Assembly (NCBI GenBank): GCA_017615595.1
Contig: JAFZZT010000046.1
Coordinates: forward strand, 4,746 to 68,745
Source of the DNA: Bacteroidales bacterium
GTDB lineage: Bacteria; Bacteroidota; Bacteroidia; Bacteroidales; WCHB1-69
Direction: 5' to 3'
Length of the DNA stretch: 64,000 bases
Under the pieces are notes generated by a model, which saw nothing but the letters and a program-made list of their open reading frames with translations, was not told where the DNA came from and made no database searches. Positions 47,517 through 56,138 of the stretch are shown here, piece after piece (the stretch's first letter is position 1; each line of letters opens with the position of its first letter). A program made the position numbers and the translations under genes.

Positions 47517-49676
47517 ATGGCAGCAATTGGCTCAATCAGAAAACACGGTGTAGCCTTGATGATCATCATCGGTATAGCACTTCTTGCTTTTATCTTGGGT
47601 GACCTTTCCCAGGTTACACGTACTTTCTCCAATAAAAATGTGATGGCCAAGATCGACGGCAAAAGCGTGGATCAGGAGTATCGGACACTGTATGATCAAA
47701 CCACATCTCTCTTCCGTTTACTTCAGAACAAGTCCTCTTTCGATGAGAACGAGACCGCCCAGATTCACCAGACCACTTGGGCATCACTGATTCAAGAAAA
47801 GATTCTCGACAAGCAGCTCGCTGCTTTAGGTCTTTCCTACAGTTCCGACATGGTGGAAGAGCTCAAATCCGAGATGTTGGCAAGTTTGAACACCCAGCAG
47901 CCGAACCAGTACATGATGCAGTTTGCGCAGGCTTTGGCCAACCAGATTGGACCGGAGCAGACCATGGCTGTGCTTTCCAATATTGAGGAATACGGCAAAG
48001 ACGAGCGTGGCAAAGATCTGTACAACGCCTATCTGGCCATCGTCAGATATGCCGCTCTTGGCGAGAAGTTCAACCGCTACAACGCGCTGGCTCAGAACAC
48101 CCTCTATTTCTCCGACCCGCTGGCCAAACAACTCGGCGAAAACAACAAGAACGCCATGGTCACCATGATGGTCGTCAGCCCTGAGGCTCCGGCTTTCAAG
48201 GACATCACCGCCTCCGTGTCTGACAAAGAGATCAAGGATTTCTACAACACCCACAAAAACGAGTTGTTTGTAGTGACTGAGCAGAACCGTGACATTGATG
48301 TGGCTATCTTCCCCATCAACCCCTCCGCCGCTGACTTGAAAGCCATCGAAGACAGTGTGCGTGCCGACTACGCGAAGTTCTCCACTTCCGACATGGCCGC
48401 TTTCTGCACTGAGATGAACCGCAACCTCGACAGCACCTATTATAAAGAGGAAGACATCGTCCTGGAAGGTCTCGACAGCATCCTGTTCAAGGCTACTGCC
48501 GTGGGTTCCTTCATCGAACCGTTCGAGTATGAAAACTCCAGATGGTACTATGGCAAGGTGTTCGGTGCCGCCGAGCGTCCCGACTCCATCCATGTGGCCC
48601 TCATCGAGCTCCCCTACAAGAACTCCCAGAACCAGAACGAGACCCGCACCCGCAAAGAGGCTGCCGCTTTGGCTGACAGCTTGAAGGCCGTCATCACCTC
48701 CAACCAGAACAGCATCTTCAATCTGCAACGCGACTACATTGCTGGCGAGCGTACCGACTCCACCCTGTGGCTGCCCGAGCGTGGCACCATCGTAGAACTA
48801 TACAACGGCCTGATTGGCACGCCTAACGGCGGTGTCTATGTCTATAAGGCTCAAGGCGGATACCTCGTGCTCCAAGTGCTCGAGCGCACCGCCCCGGTCA
48901 GCAAACGCCAGTTCGTGCTCTTCGACTATCCGATCAACCCCTCCGATGCCACCATCAGCCAGATCAAGGCTCAAGCAACGGAATTCGCCGCCTCCATCAA
49001 CAATGCTGAGGAGCTGATCTCCAAAGCTGCAGCAAAAGGCATCCAGACCGTGAGAGGCACCGGCGTGCCCTCCATGTCCGCCTCCATAGGCCAACTGCAG
49101 AGCTGCCGCGACATCGTCTCCTGGGCATTCTCTGATGACGTCAAGAAAGACGACATCTCCGACGTGATCAATGTTGACAAGATGTTCTTCGCAGTCGCTG
49201 CCGTCAACAATGTCCGCAAGACCGGCACCCAAAAGTTCGAAGACGTGAAGGCTGACATCGAAGCCATGATGACGAGCGAGAAGAAAGCTGAAGCCATCGC
49301 CGAGAAGGTGAACAAAGACCTCGCCTCCTCCAACATGGAGACCCTGGCCACCACCTACGGTGCCCAGCTGCGCGACAGCGTTCGCCTCGTTTTCGCCGGC
49401 GACATGTACCAAAACTCCGGCGTGGATGGCAAAGCCCTCGGCACCATCTTCTCCCTGCCCACCAACAAGCCGACCGCAGTGAGCGGCAAGAACATGGTTT
49501 ATGTGGTGGATGTGAAACAAGTTGAAAAAGCTACGCCCACCAACGAGCTCTATCTGGAGAAGAACTTCCTCCAGAACCTCTTGGTCGGAAGAGAACGCAA
49601 CGAGTCCACCATCCTCAACTATCTGACCAAAGAAGCCAAGGTGATGGACAACCGCAATCGTTTCTACCAGAACTAA
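47517..49676 (+). CDS. PpiD/SurA-like periplasmic chaperone (peptidyl-prolyl isomerase family)
   Basis: N-terminal anchor IRKHGVALMIIIGIALLAFILGD, typical of PpiD. 719 aa. Confidence 0.6.
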   Translation: MAAIGSIRKHGVALMIIIGIALLAFILGDLSQVTRTFSNKNVMAKIDGKSVDQEYRTLYDQTTSLFRLLQNKSSFDENETAQIHQTTWASLIQEKILDKQLAALGLSYSSDMVEELKSEMLASLNTQQPNQYMMQFAQALANQIGPEQTMAVLSNIEEYGKDERGKDLYNAYLAIVRYAALGEKFNRYNALAQNTLYFSDPLAKQLGENNKNAMVTMMVVSPEAPAFKDITASVSDKEIKDFYNTHKNELFVVTEQNRDIDVAIFPINPSAADLKAIEDSVRADYAKFSTSDMAAFCTEMNRNLDSTYYKEEDIVLEGLDSILFKATAVGSFIEPFEYENSRWYYGKVFGAAERPDSIHVALIELPYKNSQNQNETRTRKEAAALADSLKAVITSNQNSIFNLQRDYIAGERTDSTLWLPERGTIVELYNGLIGTPNGGVYVYKAQGGYLVLQVLERTAPVSKRQFVLFDYPINPSDATISQIKAQATEFAASINNAEELISKAAAKGIQTVRGTGVPSMSASIGQLQSCRDIVSWAFSDDVKKDDISDVINVDKMFFAVAAVNNVRKTGTQKFEDVKADIEAMMTSEKKAEAIAEKVNKDLASSNMETLATTYGAQLRDSVRLVFAGDMYQNSGVDGKALGTIFSLPTNKPTAVSGKNMVYVVDVKQVEKATPTNELYLEKNFLQNLLVGRERNESTILNYLTKEAKVMDNRNRFYQN

Positions 49677-49698
49677 TTACAATTTTCTATGATAGAAA

Positions 49699-49733
49699 AC
49701 AGCATGGTGCTCCGGCATCATGCTGTTTTTTTT
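49699..49733 (+). terminator. intrinsic terminator after the ppiD-like gene
   Basis: Stem acagcatg(49699-49706)/catgctgt(49719-49726), followed by a T7 run. Confidence 0.65.
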
Positions 49734-49871
49734 ATTCCACCCTCAACAGGCACGTCTTTTTCTAACAAAACGCTGTTTATATTCTTTTTCAACCAAGATA
49801 CATTATAAGGTATAAATATAGTATTTTTGTGTTTTTTGAAGCCAAGTCCATCAAAACATACCAAAACATCT

Positions 49872-52466
49872 ATGAAAGTCACCCACTCCAGCGTTCAACC
49901 CAAACAGGCAAGTAAAACAAAAAAAGCGAAAAACACTCGTTCCCTGCAGAAATTTGCGAAAGCCAAAGCCAAAAAATCAACCACCAAAGCGCCCAAAAGC
50001 ACTAAGAAGAAAACCACAAAAGGAGATTCCGGATTCTGGAAGTTCATCTCCTCGGAGAGAATGATTCAGTTCTACGGAGCCCTTATCATCCTGTTCTCGC
50101 TATTGCTGTTTGTGTCCATCCTCTGGTTCTACCTCGACCCGCACGGCAACATGTCGTATGTGCATGACACCGCAGGGTCGTCTCCCAACATTGCCAGAAG
50201 CGTGGGGTCTTACCTCTCAACAGGCCTGGTGGAATACACCTTCGGCATCGCCTCCATCGGCTTCTCCATCTTGTTTTTCCTCATCGGCTTCAAGCTTTTG
50301 TTCAACAAAGACCTGCTGCCCCTGGGCAAGACAACGGCCAACATCATCATCTCCATGGCATGGGTCTCCATCTTTTTTGGATTGATCATCAAGAATCCGG
50401 AAAGCACCTTTATCAGCGGCTACTTCGGCAGCTATCTGGCACTCATGCTGCTCAAACTCGGCAAGCTGGTGGCAGCTCTCATCATGCTGGTGCTGTTCAT
50501 CTTCATCTTCGTCCTCTTCTACAACGTGCAGCTCAACGAACTGTTCCAAAATATCGGAGCCTCCATTCAAGCACGGCGGGAGCGCAAGCAAGCAGAGCCT
50601 AAGGCCAAAAGAAAGAGAAGGAATAGAGACGAGGACTCTCCAGAAGAGACTGTCCATCAGGATCTGGACGACCCCTATATTTCCGACCACCATGTGTTCA
50701 CCAACGAATATCTTGGCAAAAACACCTACACCTTCGAGACACAGGAAGACAAATCCGATCCTGTGACTCCGGACCCCTACCCTGCCGACAACACCCCCTC
50801 CCACACCGATGAGGTTCCCTTTGAAGTGGTCACCAGAAACTTCAAGGAAGAGCCTGTCTTGAAGGAAGAAGACAAACCCGCCGAAGAGCAGGAGCCCGTC
50901 ACCTCTTTTGAGCAGCTGAAAGACCTCGAGCCTTACGATCCGCACAAAGAGCTCTCCAACTACGAGTTCCCGTCCATCGACCTGTTGGATGACCACGAAA
51001 GCTCCGAGACAACCCAAGAGAATATCAGAAAGGAGCTGTTGGAAAACAAGCATCGTATCGAGAACACCCTGAAGAGCTTCGGCATCCCCATCAAGCGCAT
51101 CACCGCCACTGTCGGACCGACCGTCACCCTTTATGAGATCGTGCCGGAAGAAGGCGTGCGCATCAGCAAGATCAAGAACTTGGAGGACGATATCGCCCTC
51201 AGCCTGGCGGCGTTAGGTATCCGTATCATCGCCCCGATCCCAGGACGCGGCACCATCGGAATCGAAGTGCCCAACAAGAATGCCAACATCGTCTCCATGA
51301 AGGAGATCATTGAGTCCGACAAGTTCAAAAACAACAAATTCTCGCTGCCCATCGGCCTGGGCAAGACCATCAGCAACGAGGCTTTTGTCGTGGACTTGGC
51401 CAAGATGCCGCACCTGCTGGTTGCCGGCGCCACCGGTCAGGGTAAGTCCGTGGGTCTGAACGCCATCATCACCTCCTTGCTCTACACCAAGCATCCGTCA
51501 GAGATGAAGTTGGTCTTGATTGATCCCAAGAAGGTGGAGTTCACCCTCTACTCAGCCATCCAGAACTACTATCTGGCGGAGTTGCCCGACCAGTCGGAGC
51601 CGATCATCACGGACACGCAGAAGGTGGTCCGCACCCTGAACTCCCTCTGCGCCGAGATGGACCAACGCTACGACCTGCTGAAGGCCGCCAAGATGCGCAA
51701 CATCAAAGAGTACAACGAGAAGTTCTGCGCCCGCCAGCTCTCTCCGGCCATGGGGCACCGCTATCTGCCTTATATCGTCCTCATCATCGATGAGTTCGGC
51801 GACCTGATCATGACGGCGGGACGCGAGGTGGAGACCCCGCTCGCGCGACTGGCCCAGTTGGCCCGTGCCATCGGCATCCATCTCGTCATCGCCACCCAGC
51901 GTCCGTCCGTCAACATCATCACCGGCAGCATCAAGGCCAATTTCCCTTCCCGTATGGCCTTCCGTGTGGCCTCCAAGATCGACTCCCGCACCATCCTCGA
52001 TGCCAGCGGCGCCGACCAGCTCATCGGCAAGGGCGACATGCTCATCACCACCGGCAGCGACCTCATCCGTGTGCAGTGCGCCTTCGTGGACACGCCCGAG
52101 GTGGAACGCATCGTCAACCATATCGAGGCCAAGAGCGAGCTGAGCCCACTGCTTGAACCCTACGTCCTGCCCGATGTGCCCGACAAAGGCAAAGAGGACT
52201 TCTTCGACGATCCTGACGACACCTCCTCAGACGCCATCGATTCTATGTTTGTGGATGCCGCCATGCTGATTGTCCAGACCCAGCAAGGCTCCACCAGCTT
52301 TATCCAACGTAGAATGAAGCTGGGATACAACCGCGCCGGCCGCATCATGGACCAACTGTGCGAATTCGGCATCGTGGGCCAGGCCAATGGTAGCAAACCC
52401 CGCGAGGTGCTCATCAAAGACGAAGCCCAACTGAGAAACCTTTTGGCATCAAAAGGCATGATTTAA
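49872..52466 (+). CDS. ftsK: DNA translocase FtsK
   Basis: Start moved to the ATG at 49872. Lys-rich N-tail, 4 TM, motor domain LLVAGATGQGKSVGLN and LIIDEFGDL, then a gamma domain (GSTSFIQRRMKLGYNRAGRIMDQL). Confidence 0.9.
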   Translation: MKVTHSSVQPKQASKTKKAKNTRSLQKFAKAKAKKSTTKAPKSTKKKTTKGDSGFWKFISSERMIQFYGALIILFSLLLFVSILWFYLDPHGNMSYVHDTAGSSPNIARSVGSYLSTGLVEYTFGIASIGFSILFFLIGFKLLFNKDLLPLGKTTANIIISMAWVSIFFGLIIKNPESTFISGYFGSYLALMLLKLGKLVAALIMLVLFIFIFVLFYNVQLNELFQNIGASIQARRERKQAEPKAKRKRRNRDEDSPEETVHQDLDDPYISDHHVFTNEYLGKNTYTFETQEDKSDPVTPDPYPADNTPSHTDEVPFEVVTRNFKEEPVLKEEDKPAEEQEPVTSFEQLKDLEPYDPHKELSNYEFPSIDLLDDHESSETTQENIRKELLENKHRIENTLKSFGIPIKRITATVGPTVTLYEIVPEEGVRISKIKNLEDDIALSLAALGIRIIAPIPGRGTIGIEVPNKNANIVSMKEIIESDKFKNNKFSLPIGLGKTISNEAFVVDLAKMPHLLVAGATGQGKSVGLNAIITSLLYTKHPSEMKLVLIDPKKVEFTLYSAIQNYYLAELPDQSEPIITDTQKVVRTLNSLCAEMDQRYDLLKAAKMRNIKEYNEKFCARQLSPAMGHRYLPYIVLIIDEFGDLIMTAGREVETPLARLAQLARAIGIHLVIATQRPSVNIITGSIKANFPSRMAFRVASKIDSRTILDASGADQLIGKGDMLITTGSDLIRVQCAFVDTPEVERIVNHIEAKSELSPLLEPYVLPDVPDKGKEDFFDDPDDTSSDAIDSMFVDAAMLIVQTQQGSTSFIQRRMKLGYNRAGRIMDQLCEFGIVGQANGSKPREVLIKDEAQLRNLLASKGMI

Positions 52467-52528
52467 TTTAACCTTTGCATAATAAAATCGTCTAACACCT
52501 CGTTTTTTTCTCATTCAATACCATCAAC

Positions 52529-53173
52529 ATGAAAAGAATATCCTTCACCACCATACTGATTCTCATGATTGCCTTTGTCAGTGCCCAGAACACAGACGGC
52601 GGCGCCACGGAACTGCTGAAGAAAGTGGCCCAGAAGTATCAGGCTTTCACCTCCATGCAATTCCACTACACCCTAGTGACCACCAAGGATTCGAAGACCC
52701 TGGGCACCTCACAAGGCGACTTCTACCTGAAAGGCAGCAAGTACCAGACCTCCTACGAAGGGCAGACCTTCTTTTGCGATGGTGTGTCACTGTGGAACTA
52801 CCAGAAAGCCACCAACGAAGTGTCCATTTTCGAGTATGATCCGGAAGACGATGACAACATGATGAACCCCAGACTGCTGCTGAAAAGCTGGGAGAAACAT
52901 TTTCGCGCCAAGTTCATCCGAGACGAATTCTCCAACAACCAACCTGTCTCCATCATAGACTTGACCCCGAAATACAACCAGTCTTATTATCGCATCCGTC
53001 TATTCATCAACAAGAATACACTGACCATCAACAAAATAGCGGTTTACGAAAAAGACAACACCATCTATACTTACCACATAGAACAATTCAAAAGCAACGT
53101 CACGCTTTCTGACGACATCTTCACCTTCAACAAGAGCAAATACCCGGGTGTGGAAGTGAATGACATGAGGTAA
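52529..53173 (+). CDS. LolA-like outer-membrane lipoprotein carrier protein
   Basis: 214 aa with a signal peptide. Sits in the conserved position after ftsK. Has a FYLKGSKYQ..W block. Confidence 0.55.
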   Translation: MKRISFTTILILMIAFVSAQNTDGGATELLKKVAQKYQAFTSMQFHYTLVTTKDSKTLGTSQGDFYLKGSKYQTSYEGQTFFCDGVSLWNYQKATNEVSIFEYDPEDDDNMMNPRLLLKSWEKHFRAKFIRDEFSNNQPVSIIDLTPKYNQSYYRIRLFINKNTLTINKIAVYEKDNTIYTYHIEQFKSNVTLSDDIFTFNKSKYPGVEVNDMR

Positions 53174-53262
53174 CACTATAAACACAAGTTTGTTAGAAAT
53201 TTCTATATCAGCTTTGATTAAGATAAGAGAGAAGTAATTATTTTTGCTAAAATTTTAGAACA

Positions 53263-53958
53263 ATGCAGATATCCCTATTAATGGCGCAAGCCGCCGAAGC
53301 CGTGGAGGTTGCCGCTAGTCAGCCTCAAGTCAATGAAACCACCTATTTCCAACTGGTTTTTGCCAAGAACAGTCTTTGGATCATGATTCCTCTATTCCTG
53401 ATGTTGGCGTTTGCCATCTATCTCTTCGTCAAGAAGATGATTGTGCTGAATCGCGCCTCCAAGGAAGAGCACAACTTCATGAACAACATCCGCGACTTTA
53501 TCCATGACGGCAAGCTGGATTCCGCGGTGGCGCTCTGCAAGGGCAACGACACCCCGACAGCCCGTCTGATCGAGAAAGGTCTGTCCCGCATCGGACATCC
53601 GCTGGAGGACATCCGCACGGCCATTGAGAATGAAGGCAACTTGGAAGTGGAGCGTCTGGAGAAGGGCGTCTCCGCCTTGGCCACCATCGCCGCCATCGCC
53701 CCCATGTTAGGTTTCTTGGGTACTGTTGTCGGTATGGTCTCCGCTTTCCACGCCATGGCAGCCGACCCCAACAACTTCAATATCGGCACCTTGTCCAACG
53801 GTATCTACACCGCCATGATCACGACCGTGGCCGGTTTGATCGTCGGTGTCATCACGCTGGTGCTGCACAACTTTATCGTTTCCAAAATCTCCAACGTGGT
53901 CTATCTCCTCGAGGTTCGCACCACAGAGTTCATGGATCTCCTTCACGAAAACGCATAA
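53263..53958 (+). CDS. exbB: MotA/TolQ/ExbB proton channel protein
   Basis: 3 TM with a LATIAAIAPMLGFLGTVVGM block. Confidence 0.85.
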   Translation: MQISLLMAQAAEAVEVAASQPQVNETTYFQLVFAKNSLWIMIPLFLMLAFAIYLFVKKMIVLNRASKEEHNFMNNIRDFIHDGKLDSAVALCKGNDTPTARLIEKGLSRIGHPLEDIRTAIENEGNLEVERLEKGVSALATIAAIAPMLGFLGTVVGMVSAFHAMAADPNNFNIGTLSNGIYTAMITTVAGLIVGVITLVLHNFIVSKISNVVYLLEVRTTEFMDLLHENA

Positions 53959-53969
53959 AGCTCTGAGCC

Positions 53970-54410
53970 ATGGCTATCAAAATGCAAAATAAGATCGATA
54001 CAACATTCAGCGCCACATCCATGTCGGACTTGGTGTTCCTGTTGTTGATATTCTTCATGCTGACCTCCACGATGGTGTCGCCGAATGCCATCAACTTGGT
54101 GCTGCCGAAGAGCACTGCCGACAAGCAGTTGGTGACCAAGGATGTGGAAGTTTATATCAATGAAGACCTGCTGTACTTTGTCAATCCGCAAGGGTCCAAC
54201 GCGCAGCCCATCCCCTACGAGGAGCTGCTGCCCGCTTTGCAGAATGCCATTTTGCAAGACAACTCCGACAACCACTCCATTATCCTGCGCGCCGACAAGA
54301 GCGTGCCCGTGGAGAATGTGGTCGCCCTGATGGATGTACTCAACGAATTAAACGAGGGATTTCCCGAAGAACAACGTTATAAAATGGTACTGGCCACCGA
54401 AGCAAAATGA
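53970..54410 (+). CDS. exbD: ExbD/TolR biopolymer transport protein
   Basis: SMSDLVFLLLIFFMLTS anchor and a RADKSVPVENVVALMDVL block. Confidence 0.85.
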   Translation: MAIKMQNKIDTTFSATSMSDLVFLLLIFFMLTSTMVSPNAINLVLPKSTADKQLVTKDVEVYINEDLLYFVNPQGSNAQPIPYEELLPALQNAILQDNSDNHSIILRADKSVPVENVVALMDVLNELNEGFPEEQRYKMVLATEAK

Positions 54411-55108
54411 GAACGGAAATAGATCATAGAAAAGACGATATCATTCCGAGCATTGTGACGGTTGTCACGATGGCGCTCATTGTGGTGTTGCTGCTGGTGT
54501 GCAGTCTGAAATCGCTGATTCCCCCTCCCCCTCCCAAAAAGATGGTCTATGTGGAGTTGGAAGCTCCCACCACGGGAGGTGGCGGCGGTGGCGGTGCGGA
54601 TGAGCCCACCAAGACCACACACGCCAAGCCCTCGGCGCCCAACTATGCCACACAGAATGCGGTGGACGCCCCGGCGACCGCCCATGCCACCAACACGAAT
54701 CCTGACGCACAGCCCCAGCCCACCCAGACCGTGGACCAAAACGCCATGTTCAAAGGCGGTAGAGGCGGCAGTGGCAGCGGTGGCGGTGAAGGCAACGGCA
54801 TCGGCACGGGTACCGGATCTGGTCTCGGACCGGGCGAAGGCAGTGGCAGCGGTGGCGGCTTCGGCTATGGTACCGGCAGCCGTGGACTGGTGAAACAGAT
54901 CAACACCGAAGTGAATGAAGAGGGTCAGGTAGCCGTGGAAGTCCATGTGATGGCCGACGGTACGGTGAGCGAAGCCCGTGTGGTGAACAACGCCAAAGGG
55001 CGCACCACTATCACCAACACCTTCATCCAGCAACAGTGCATCCGGGAGGCCAAGAAGGCCAGATACAAACCGGGGAAGGAAGAGCTGCGGATTATCTTGT
55101 TCAAGTAG
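54407..55108 (+). CDS. tonB: TonB-family energy transducer (Gly/Pro-rich linker, TonB_C-like end)
   Basis: N-terminal anchor, PPPPPKK and GGGGGG linker, and a C-terminal EGQVAVEVHVMADGTVSEARV block. 4-nt overlap with exbD. Confidence 0.6.
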   Translation: MRTEIDHRKDDIIPSIVTVVTMALIVVLLLVCSLKSLIPPPPPKKMVYVELEAPTTGGGGGGGADEPTKTTHAKPSAPNYATQNAVDAPATAHATNTNPDAQPQPTQTVDQNAMFKGGRGGSGSGGGEGNGIGTGTGSGLGPGEGSGSGGGFGYGTGSRGLVKQINTEVNEEGQVAVEVHVMADGTVSEARVVNNAKGRTTITNTFIQQQCIREAKKARYKPGKEELRIILFK

Positions 55109-55111
55109 ATT

Positions 55112-55141
55112 ACCGCAAAGGCGCAAAGGACGCAAAGTTGC
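55112..55141. repeat. left terminal inverted repeat (30 bp)
   Basis: accgcaaaggcgcaaaggacgcaaagttgc is the exact reverse complement of 56095-56124. Confidence 0.9.
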
Positions 55142-55354
55142 GACCGCAAAGACGCGAAGGGCGCAAAGTTGCAACCGCCAAGGCGCGAAGGACGCAAAGC
55201 TGCGACCGCCAAGGCGCGAAGGACGCAAAGCTGCGACCGCCAAGGCGCGAAGGACGCAAAGCTGCGACCGCAAAGGCGCGAAGGACGCAAAGTTGCAAAC
55301 GCCAAGGCGCAAAGGACGCAAAGCTGCAACCGCAAAGACGCGAAGGGCGCAAAG
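55112..55354. repeat. tandem array, 31-bp unit x about 7.8 (consensus ACCGCMAAGGCGCGAAGGACGCAAAGYTGCR)
   Basis: Units start at 55112, 55143, 55174, 55205, 55236, 55267, 55298 and 55329. Units 3-5 are identical. Each unit holds three GC(A/G)AAG words. Confidence 0.9.
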
Positions 55355-55359
55355 AGGAA

Positions 55360-55737
55360 TCACAGGTGATTGACAATTCGTTTAATGCCATCTTTCATCA
55401 GTTCCACATTGAAGTTCAGCAACAAGCCCAATTTATATCCTCCTAACTTCAGATACGTTAAAGTTTGTGCTATATGGATGCCCGCAAGTTCTGCAACGCT
55501 CTTAACTTCTACCACAACTTTGTCCTCCACCACCAAATCCATCTTGAATGAATGTTCTATATACAAGTCGTCATATACCAATGGCAACCATTTCTCTTTC
55601 TGCACTCGTAAACCTCTTTTAAGCAATTCATAGAATAAACATTCCTGATATGGTTTTTCCAACAGCCCTGGTCCCAACGCCTTATGCACTTTCACCGCTG
55701 CATCAACAATCTCTCTTGCAATATCATTCTCTGTCAT
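55360..55737 (-). CDS. GxxExxY protein (PD-(D/E)XK nuclease-like superfamily)
   Basis: 125 aa. Reads AREIVDAAVKVHKALGPGLLEKPYQECLFYEL (GxxExxY motif: GLLEKPY), then ...MDLVVEDKVVVEVKSV...LLNF. Confidence 0.85.
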   Translation of the reverse strand: MTENDIAREIVDAAVKVHKALGPGLLEKPYQECLFYELLKRGLRVQKEKWLPLVYDDLYIEHSFKMDLVVEDKVVVEVKSVAELAGIHIAQTLTYLKLGGYKLGLLLNFNVELMKDGIKRIVNHL

Positions 55738-55753
55738 ACATTTATTTTTTTTG

Positions 55754-55761
55754 CAAAAGTA
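55754..55761 (-). promoter_or_regulatory. -7 box (TACTTTTG) of the GxxExxY gene promoter
   Basis: The rc of 55754-55761 is TACTTTTG, 17 nt upstream of the ATG at 55737, inside the AT-rich core of the cassette. Confidence 0.5.
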
Positions 55762-55847
55762 TAAAATTAATTAATATTAATATAGTTATTTAAAATTATT
55801 TTTATAACAAACCAATCTTTACGCCATTTGCGCATTTGTAGTTGCAT

Positions 55848-56124
55848 CTTTGCTCACTCTGCTCACTTTACACCCTTTGCTCTCTTTGCTCACTTTGCTT
55901 ACTTTGATCACTCTGCTCACTTTACACCCTTTGCTTACTTTGCTTACTTTGCTCACTTTGCTCACTTTACAGCCTTTGCTTACTTTGCTCTCTTTGCTCT
56001 CTTTGCTCTCTTTGCTCTCTTTGCTCTCTTTGCTTACTTTGATCACTCTGCTCACTTTGCTTCCTTTGCTTCCTTTGCTCTTCTCTTTGCAGTTGCAACT
56101 TTGCGTCCTTTGCGCCTTTGCGGT
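55848..56124. repeat. tandem array, 9-bp unit x about 31 (CTTTGCTCA / CTTTGCTCT / CTTTGCTTA / CTCTGCTCA variants)
   Basis: Continuous 9-nt periodicity, including 5 identical CTTTGCTCT units around 55985-56029. CTTTGC is the reverse complement of the GCAAAG word of the left array. Confidence 0.85.
56095..56124. repeat. right terminal inverted repeat (30 bp)
   Basis: gcaactttgcgtcctttgcgcctttgcggt is the exact reverse complement of 55112-55141. Confidence 0.9.
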
Positions 56125-56138
56125 TTAATAACAACATT

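Larger units (their letters stand above)
55112..56124. other. repeat-bounded GxxExxY cassette (possibly a mobile, invertible or RNA-processed element)
   Basis: 1013 bp delimited by perfect 30-bp inverted repeats. Order of parts: 31-bp array, GxxExxY gene (minus), its own promoter, an AT-rich spacer, then a 9-bp array. It starts 4 nt after the tonB-like stop and ends 14 nt before the folC ATG. Confidence 0.5.

Noticed and set aside
54377-55446. ORFs crossing the 31-bp array (54377-55363, 54925-55335, 55036-55446, 55110-55391, 55169-55369)
   Set aside because: The repeat period of 31 is not divisible by 3, so these ORFs are open only because the unit lacks stop codons. The products are permuted AKDAKLRP/LRPSRLCG strings.
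55112-56124. CRISPR array interpretation of the two repeat blocks
   Set aside because: The repeats are contiguous with no unique spacers, the units are only 31 and 9 bp, and no cas genes or leader are present.
56118-56138. TTG start of folC given by the ORF track (also TTG starts at 12840 and 34808)
   Set aside because: In each case an in-frame ATG lies 7-9 codons downstream with a better promoter or leader geometry. For folC the TTG lies inside the terminal inverted repeat.
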